DNA of 24,000 nt from positions 142,829 to 166,828 of the forward strand of contig NZ_JABURY010000016.1 of the NCBI RefSeq assembly GCF_014489845.1, in the 5' to 3' direction. Below, one piece after another: positions 1 through 5,974 of this stretch. The position numbers and the translations under genes are program-made. Position 1 is the first letter of the stretch. The number at the start of each line of letters is the position of its first letter. The notes under the pieces were generated by a model, which made no database searches, was not told where the DNA came from, and saw only the letters and a program-made list of their open reading frames with translations. Source of the DNA: Frischella japonica (GTDB lineage Bacteria; Pseudomonadota; Gammaproteobacteria; Enterobacterales; Orbaceae).

Positions 1-473
1 GCAAAACGATCAGGATACATTGCCAGTGTATTTGTAAGCAGAGCTAATTCTTGTGAAGATAATTGCCCATATGTTTTCCCTTCAACTTGACTATTAAGCA
101 TAATTACTAACCACTTTTCACCTAATAAAACAACTTTATTGTCGGGTAAATTTTGCTGCTTAAAAATGAAGCGCATATTGTCACAATTATCATGATTTCC
201 TGCTAACCAAACGCAAGGAGCTGAAAATTGTTTTATTGATTTTGCAAATCGCAAATAAGCTAACTGACTGCTATCTTGAACAAAATCACCTGTCGCCACA
301 ATTAAATCAAAATGTTCTCCATGCTGTTTAATTTCATTAATCACAGCATCAAAACTTGCATTCGTATTAATGCCTAGCAATAGACCATCCTCATCGGCAA
401 AAAGATGAGTATCGGTAATGTGTAATATTTTTGCAGTTGGATATTTAATGGGGACAATTAAATGTTTTTTCAA
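1..473 (-). CDS. cpdA: 3',5'-cyclic-AMP phosphodiesterase CpdA, N-terminal part (gene continues past the left edge of the window)
   Basis: The minus-strand frame is open from the window edge to 473. It translates as (L/M)KKHLIVPIKYPTAKILHITDTHLFADEDG...FDLIVATGDFVQD...CVWLAGNHD. These are the metallophosphoesterase D-x-H, GD and GNHD motifs, and the sequence is collinear with the N-terminal half of E. coli CpdA. It lies downstream of nudF, as in E. coli. There is no in-frame ATG. Candidate TTG starts are at 473, 479 and 485, and an in-frame TGA lies at 489-491. Confidence 0.85.
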   Translation of the reverse strand, partial: MKKHLIVPIKYPTAKILHITDTHLFADEDGLLLGINTNASFDAVINEIKQHGEHFDLIVATGDFVQDSSQLAYLRFAKSIKQFSAPCVWLAGNHDNCDNMRFIFKQQNLPDNKVVLLGEKWLVIMLNSQVEGKTYGQLSSQELALLTNTLAMYPDRF

Positions 474-629
474 TTTCAATCTCAAGAATCACTTATTCCT
501 ATTAGTATATATTAACTATCCTGTTATTTCTGTTGCATAGCGCACACTTTATATAGATAAAATTCAAAATCACAAAAAACATCTTTATTGAAACCCCAAA
601 CAATGGTTAATAGCCTTTAAACTTTATTT

Positions 630-1268
630 TTAATGCTTTAGCCATTCTGCTTGTAATTTTTGATAATTTAATTGTAGCCACTGTAAAGCAATAATTGATG
701 CAGCATTATTAATTAAGCCACTTTCAACCCACTGATAAGCTTGCTCACGTGTAACAACATGCACTTTAATATCTTCATTTTCCTCGGCTAACCCGTGAAT
801 TCCCTTCGCTTTATTCGCATTGGTTTCACCAACAAAAATATGCAATTGCTCAGTTAATCCTCCTGGACTAGCTAAATAATTCATAATGGGCTTGCAACGA
901 TATATTTCAATACCAGCTTCTTCTTTTGCCTCTCTTCGAGCAACTTCTTCTAAAGATTCACCTTCATGATCAACCATTCCTGCAATCAATTCTAAAATCC
1001 AAGGCGAATCTTGGGTTTCAATTGCCGCTATACGAATTTGTTCAATTAATACCACCTTATCCAACTGAGCATCGTAAGCCAATAAAACGACTGCATGACC
1101 TCTTTCTAAGATTTCACGTGTTACGACACCACTAAGAGTACCGTCAAATTTATGATACTGGAAACGATATTCCAATAACGAAAAAAAGCCTTTATATAAA
1201 ATACGCTTAGTTAAATTAATAACATCTTTTTTACCAAAAGTTATCGGATTATTTGATTTACGTTGCAT
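630..1268 (-). CDS. nudF: ADP-ribose pyrophosphatase (Nudix hydrolase NudF)
   Basis: The ORF-track protein is collinear with E. coli NudF (TFGKxDV, YRGFFSL-like, VLIEQIRIAA, the Nudix box GESxEEVARREAxEEAG, NAASIIALQWLQL). The track start at 1277 is a GTG. The ATG at 1268 (MQRKSNNPITFGK) gives the same N-terminal length as the E. coli protein, so I prefer it. Confidence 0.92.
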   Translation of the reverse strand: MQRKSNNPITFGKKDVINLTKRILYKGFFSLLEYRFQYHKFDGTLSGVVTREILERGHAVVLLAYDAQLDKVVLIEQIRIAAIETQDSPWILELIAGMVDHEGESLEEVARREAKEEAGIEIYRCKPIMNYLASPGGLTEQLHIFVGETNANKAKGIHGLAEENEDIKVHVVTREQAYQWVESGLINNAASIIALQWLQLNYQKLQAEWLKH

Positions 1269-1396
1269 AATTAACACTCAATTTTTTTAATAAAAAATGC
1301 GGATAATAATAAACAATGCTTATGCATATACTAATTATCTGTTAGAATTAAGCAATATATTTTTTTAAATAACTCAGTTTAACTTTGGGAAAATTC

Positions 1397-2761
1397 ATGA
1401 AAAAAGTATTACCCTTTCTAATCGGTCTAGTTCTAGCGCCATCCGCTTTTGCAGAAAATTTAATCCAAGTTTATGAACAAGCAAGATTAACTAATCCTGA
1501 CCTAAAAAGTTCCGTTGCAGATAAAGAAAAAGCCTATTCAGGAATTTCTGAACAACGTGCCAGCTTACTGCCGCAACTTGGTTTAAACGCATCTTACGGA
1601 CTTAGTCACGGCTTCCGTGAAGCTAAAGATATGAATAGCAAAACAGGTAGACTTGGCTTGTCACTAAATCAAAGTATTTTTAATTATGCTAATTGGAAAA
1701 AATTAGATATTGCCCAGCAACAAGCAAGTGTTGCCGATATCGCATATCAAGCAAGAGAACAAGCGCTCATTTTAGACACTGCAACTAATTATTTCAAAGT
1801 GTTGCGGGCGATCGATACATTGAGTTATGTTGATGCACAAAAAAAGGCTATTTATCGACAACTCGAACAAACAAGACAAAAACACAAAGTGGGCTTAGTT
1901 GCCATTACCGATGTACAAAATGCGCAAGCAAATTATGATTTAACTATTGCTGAACAAGTCAGCTCATTAAATGATCTTAACAACGCACTAGAAGATTTAC
2001 GTCAAGTTAGTGGTCGATTTTATGCTAATCTAGCTACAATAGATATTAAAGCATTCAAAACTGAAAAACCTTCACATATTAGTCAATTATTACAACGTTC
2101 TGAAAATGCGAATTTAGATTTATTAACGGCCCGCTTAAGTCGAGACATTGCAAAAGAACAAATCAGATTAGCTCAATCTGGACACCTACCGACAATCAGT
2201 CTTAATGCATCTACTGGCTTAAATAAAAATGAAAATTATGGTGATAAAGTCGGATTAAAAAGCGATCATGTTACACCGGCTTATGCTGATAGAAACCAAA
2301 TAACTGGCGCGAATACTATTGGTATCACATTTGATATGCCTATTTTTACTGGTGGAGCAACAATGTCACAGGTATCACAAGCGCAATATAACTATGTTAG
2401 CTTTAGTGAAAAATTAGAAAGTACTAATCGGGCTGTGATTAATAGAGTTCGTTCATCCTACAACAATATCTCAGCTGCTATAAGCTCAATTAAAGCTTAT
2501 GAACAAAGTGTTGTTTCTGCACAAAGTTCTTTAGATGCAACTCAATCGGGATATGAAGTTGGAACTCGTACTATTGTTGACGTATTAACCGCAACCACCC
2601 AACTTTATGATTCTAAAAAAAGATTATCTAATTCTAAATATGACTATTTGATCAGTCTATTACAATTAAAATCATCCATTGGAACATTAACCGCGAATGA
2701 TTTAGTTCAACTTAATAATATGTTAGGAAAAGAAACTACTACTTTATTAAGTATTAATTAA
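1397..2761 (+). CDS. tolC: Outer membrane efflux channel TolC
   Basis: The protein is about 454 aa. It has a signal peptide MKKVLPFLIGLVLAPSAFA/ENL followed by the TolC-typical start ENLxQVYxQAxxxNPxL, and it shows the two-repeat OMF architecture. It is divergent from nudF, as in E. coli. The track start at 1385 is a TTG. The ATG at 1397 is preceded by GGGA and gives a canonical signal peptide. Confidence 0.92.
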   Translation: MKKVLPFLIGLVLAPSAFAENLIQVYEQARLTNPDLKSSVADKEKAYSGISEQRASLLPQLGLNASYGLSHGFREAKDMNSKTGRLGLSLNQSIFNYANWKKLDIAQQQASVADIAYQAREQALILDTATNYFKVLRAIDTLSYVDAQKKAIYRQLEQTRQKHKVGLVAITDVQNAQANYDLTIAEQVSSLNDLNNALEDLRQVSGRFYANLATIDIKAFKTEKPSHISQLLQRSENANLDLLTARLSRDIAKEQIRLAQSGHLPTISLNASTGLNKNENYGDKVGLKSDHVTPAYADRNQITGANTIGITFDMPIFTGGATMSQVSQAQYNYVSFSEKLESTNRAVINRVRSSYNNISAAISSIKAYEQSVVSAQSSLDATQSGYEVGTRTIVDVLTATTQLYDSKKRLSNSKYDYLISLLQLKSSIGTLTANDLVQLNNMLGKETTTLLSIN

Positions 2762-2791
2762 TATTTATTAAAATGATAAGTATTGATTGAT

Positions 2792-2820
2792 AAAAAAACC
2801 TGCTTAAAGCAGGTTTTTTT
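2792..2820. terminator. Bidirectional intrinsic terminator between tolC and ecotin
   Basis: The sequence is AAAAAAA-CCTGC-TTAAA-GCAGG-TTTTTTT. The stem is 2799-2803 paired with 2809-2813. An A-run lies on one side and a T-run on the other, between two convergent genes. Confidence 0.75.
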
Positions 2821-2838
2821 CTCTTTGAAACACAACAA

Positions 2839-3342
2839 CTACTCAGTGGTAGCCGCTTCAAGTTTGCCATCATTAGACCAAACTCGGTATTTAACTTGAA
2901 CATCTTCTGGCGTATAGACCACGATAGGTAAACGGCTATTATAATCCATTAAACCTAAATTATGTCTGATCGTTACGAATTCCGATTTACTAACAAAATC
3001 TGGAGGGCATGCCATTAATGTAGAAATACCATTAGACACTTTGGATACGGTATAATATTGATATCCCCATCCCTGCAACTCTTCTTGTTTAACGGTGCCG
3101 GCTAAACCACGACTATTGCAATCAACTTGCATTTGTTTGCCAATAAGCAATTCTACTTTGGCATCACGCTCATTTTTCAATTCAGGAAGATAAATCACCG
3201 AACGAACATAACCTGCTTCTGCTGCCGGATATGGAGCAATTTCATTCACATTCTTTACCATATTGTTTTGTCCAGTTGTACCATTACATGCAGTTAGTAA
3301 AAGCGCTACTGAACTAAATGCTATGGTGGCTAATTTTTTCAT
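2839..3342 (-). CDS. eco: Ecotin, a serine protease inhibitor, with a predicted lipoprotein signal
   Basis: The protein is collinear with E. coli ecotin: APYPxAExG, KVELLIGK, VDCN, GWGYxYY, the reactive-site loop STLMACP, and RLPIVVYTPEDVxVKYRVW. The N-terminus MKKLATIAFSSVALLLTAC carries a lipobox (L-T-A-C, Cys19). Confidence 0.9.
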   Translation of the reverse strand: MKKLATIAFSSVALLLTACNGTTGQNNMVKNVNEIAPYPAAEAGYVRSVIYLPELKNERDAKVELLIGKQMQVDCNSRGLAGTVKQEELQGWGYQYYTVSKVSNGISTLMACPPDFVSKSEFVTIRHNLGLMDYNSRLPIVVYTPEDVQVKYRVWSNDGKLEAATTE

Positions 3343-3509
3343 TTTCTACTCCTAAGAAATACCATTTTGTTATAACTACAATCTTTAAACATTTTATTAT
3401 AAATATATAAACTAATATTTAGTTTTTCAAGATAAATATTATATTTAAAACCATAGCCGTAATAGATATAATTAGCTATCATATAAATAATGAAATACTT
3501 ATTAAGATA

Positions 3510-4571
3510 ATGTATATGCCTACCAATAAAAACAACGATCTATTAAAATTAATACTCAATTTAATTATTATTGGATTATTTATCATCATAACTTTTCAAG
3601 TTGTTGAACCATTTTTATTTGGTTTTTTTTGGGCCCTAATGGTGGTTATTACCACTTGGCCTTTTATGATCATTTGCCAAGAAAGATTATTTAATAAACG
3701 AATTCTTGCTGTTCTAGTTATGATGTTAATATTATCTCTATTTTTTATTATCCCTTTTATACTTATTGTGATGAGTATTGCTAAAAATGGGGGGTATTTG
3801 ATTGATTTTGCTAAAAATCTTTCACATCATCAATTACCAACTATGGATTGGTTAAATAATATCCCGTTAGTTGGTAATGAATTGTATTTAAAATGGAATG
3901 ATTTAATTAATCATGACGGTAGTGACCTGATTAAACAATTTCAACCTTATTTCGGCACCATGGTAACATGGACCATCAGCCAAGTAACAAATATTGGCGT
4001 CTTTCTTTTCCACTGCGCAATTATGATCATCTTTAGTGGATTACTCTTTTTAAAAGGTGAAGAAGTCAAGAAACATGTTTATCATTTTGCGCATCGTTTA
4101 TCTAAACAACATGGTGAAGATACAGTAACATTAGCCGGACAATCTATTCGAGCTGTAGCCTTAGGTGTCGTTGTTACAGCTGTGACATTAACACTAATTG
4201 GTGGTTTAAGTTTAGTATTAACTAATATGCCATTTGTCGGACTTATAACCCTTGCCCTTTTCGTATGTTGTGTGGCGCAAATTGGACCAGTTGTCATCAT
4301 GGCTAGCTGTTCTATATGGCAATTTTGGAATGATAATATTGTAGCAGGAATCGTTCTAGTCATTGTTACTTTAGTTTTAACTACCTTAGACAGTTTAATG
4401 AGAACATTTTTAATTAAAAGAGGGGTTGATTTGCCTTTCTTAGTCATCTTATTTGGTGTCATCGGTGGCTTATTAGCCTTCGGCGCAATGGGACTATTTA
4501 TTGGTCCGGTAATACTTGCGCTAACATATAACTTTATCCAAGCATGGATAGAAGAACAGGATGATAATTAA
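3510..4571 (+). CDS. ydiK: AI-2E family (PerM/YdiK-like) inner-membrane transporter
   Basis: This is a polytopic membrane protein collinear with E. coli YdiK as I recall it (VxPFxxGFxWA, IRAVALGVVVTA, GADLP, GVIGGLxAFGxxGLFIGPV). An alternative ATG lies at 3516. Confidence 0.8.
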   Translation: MYMPTNKNNDLLKLILNLIIIGLFIIITFQVVEPFLFGFFWALMVVITTWPFMIICQERLFNKRILAVLVMMLILSLFFIIPFILIVMSIAKNGGYLIDFAKNLSHHQLPTMDWLNNIPLVGNELYLKWNDLINHDGSDLIKQFQPYFGTMVTWTISQVTNIGVFLFHCAIMIIFSGLLFLKGEEVKKHVYHFAHRLSKQHGEDTVTLAGQSIRAVALGVVVTAVTLTLIGGLSLVLTNMPFVGLITLALFVCCVAQIGPVVIMASCSIWQFWNDNIVAGIVLVIVTLVLTTLDSLMRTFLIKRGVDLPFLVILFGVIGGLLAFGAMGLFIGPVILALTYNFIQAWIEEQDDN

Positions 4572-4590
4572 AGCGTCAAATATGACGCTT
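4571..4590. terminator. Hairpin between convergent ydiK and htpX (terminator-like)
   Basis: There is a perfect 8-bp stem, AAGCGTCA (4571-4578) paired with TGACGCTT (4583-4590), and a 4-nt loop. The flanking U-tracts are weak, so terminator function is uncertain. Confidence 0.45.
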
Positions 4591-4611
4591 TCAATTGCAT
4601 TAATTTCCAAT

Positions 4612-5481
4612 TTATTTTTTATATGTCTCATAACGTAGTGCTTCAATACGTTTATCTAAACTAGGATGAGACATAAATAATTCTGAAATTTTAGCTTTTT
4701 TTGCACCATTTATGCAAAATGCCATAATTGAACTATCTTCACTAGGTTCATGACTCATTTTTAAACGTTGTAAAGCGGCTATCATTTTGTCTTTTCCAAC
4801 TAACTCAGCCGCTCCTGCATCTGCATGAAATTCCCGATAACGCGAAAACCACATAGCAATTATACTAGCCAAGATACCAAATATCGATTCAAAAACCATT
4901 ACAATTAAATAATAGACTATTTGTGACATGCCCCGGCCTCGTTCATTCAACATCTCAGCAGTCACAGATGCTAATATTCTCGATATAAAAATAACAAAAG
5001 TATTTAGCACTCCTTGCAATAACGTCATGGTAACCATATCGCCATTGGCGACGTGACTCATTTCATGAGCAATAACAGCCTCCGCTTCATCGCGAGTCAT
5101 GGTGTTGAGCAAAGCACTACTAACCGCAACTAATGAACTATCGCGACGAGCACCGGTCGCAAATGCATTCATATCGGTAGCTTGATAAATAGCGACATCT
5201 GGCATATTGATATTTAAATGTTGTGATTGGCGACGGACAATATTAATTAACCATTGTTCATCTACAGTTATTGGCTGAGTAATAATTTTCCCGCCAACGG
5301 CTTTTAACGCCATTGTCTTAGACATAAATAATGATATTACCGAGCCTGAAAAACCAAAAATGGCTGCAAAAATCAATAAACCGGATAAACTGTGAGCATC
5401 AACACCAAATAAACTTAAAACAATCCCAAAAACGAACATTACCGCCAAGTTGGTTAATAAAAAAAGCCCAATACGCATCAT
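4612..5481 (-). CDS. htpX: Membrane-bound zinc metalloprotease HtpX
   Basis: The N-terminus [15 protein letters not shown] closely matches E. coli HtpX. The zinc motif [19 protein letters not shown] and [11 protein letters not shown] are all present. Confidence 0.95.
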   Translation of the reverse strand: MMRIGLFLLTNLAVMFVFGIVLSLFGVDAHSLSGLLIFAAIFGFSGSVISLFMSKTMALKAVGGKIITQPITVDEQWLINIVRRQSQHLNINMPDVAIYQATDMNAFATGARRDSSLVAVSSALLNTMTRDEAEAVIAHEMSHVANGDMVTMTLLQGVLNTFVIFISRILASVTAEMLNERGRGMSQIVYYLIVMVFESIFGILASIIAMWFSRYREFHADAGAAELVGKDKMIAALQRLKMSHEPSEDSSIMAFCINGAKKAKISELFMSHPSLDKRIEALRYETYKK

Positions 5482-5522
5482 AAATGGTAATTCCTTAAAA
5501 AATGTTTTTTACATAATGTCAC

Positions 5523-5551
5523 ATTGTATAAATCATAGAACATTAATTCAA
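5523..5551 (-). promoter_or_regulatory. Putative sigma70 promoter of htpX
   Basis: Read on the minus strand: TTGAAT (5551-5546), a 17-nt spacer, then TACAAT (5528-5523). This lies about 40 nt upstream of the htpX start codon. Confidence 0.4.
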
Positions 5552-5602
5552 AATTGATGGTTTGTGAAAAATAGTAAAACTTAGATGAGAGGGATAAAAT
5601 TT

Positions 5603-5714
5603 GGTGGAGTCCCTATCAGCCACTTCCCACACACATAAAACTTACTTTGGCTGCTTCCTTCCGGACCTGACCAGATGAGCAAGAAAATGTTGCAAGAGAA
5701 CCCATAGAAACTCC
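5603..5714 (-). ncRNA. ffs: Signal recognition particle 4.5S RNA
   Basis: The minus strand reads GGAGTTTCTATGGGTTCTCTTGCAAC...CTGGTCAGGTCCGGAAGGAAGCAGCCAAAG...GGCTGATAGGGACTCCACC. The core GGTCAGGTCCGGAAGGAAGCAGCC is identical to the conserved domain IV of E. coli 4.5S RNA. The 5' GGAGT and 3' ACTCC ends pair to close the hairpin. A plausible promoter lies upstream: TTGTGT (5758-5753), 17 nt, GATAAT (5735-5730). Confidence 0.9.
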
Positions 5715-5974
5715 ATAGATAGTGAGCTTATTATCCTTTAAAATAGCGAAAAACACAACTTACAATTTCTATTTGCCTAGAAAATAGACTAGCGTAATAC
5801 TAAAAAGTGATCAATTTAGCAAAAATAAAGAATAAAGCTTAGAAAATGATATAAAAAAAGATTAGATTTATCACTAAACAATTATATTATTAATTTGTCA
5901 ATAATTGTTATCGTCATGCATATCTGGCGAATAAGACTGCCTTTCGTAAAAGAATATATTCATGGAATACAGTA

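Noticed and set aside
926-1135. Other short track ORFs inside annotated genes: 926-1135, 6207-6389, 8161-8346, 9758-9949, 10229-10462, 10815-11090, 11184-11417, 13211-13423, 15837-16043, 18113-18319, 19045-19254, 19470-19724, 23607-23798
   Set aside because: All are 60-91 aa and nested antisense or out of frame within strongly supported CDSs. None has a family resemblance I can recognise.
1296-1314. marbox-like sequence AATGCGGATAATAATAAAC upstream of tolC
   Set aside because: It has four mismatches to the specified positions of the degenerate MarA/SoxS/Rob consensus. That is not distinguishable from background in AT-rich DNA.
1385-1396. N-terminal extensions proposed by the ORF track (tolC TTG 1385, EIIC 9810, pyrF TTG 15520, nudF GTG 1277)
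   Set aside because: In each case a downstream in-frame ATG has a better Shine-Dalgarno sequence. These ATGs also match ortholog N-termini or avoid overlapping the upstream gene.
4082-4462. 126-aa ORF on the minus strand inside the ydiK-like gene
   Set aside because: It is fully antisense to a well-supported membrane-protein CDS. It has no Shine-Dalgarno sequence, and its composition (Thr/Lys/Pro-rich) is typical of a shadow frame.
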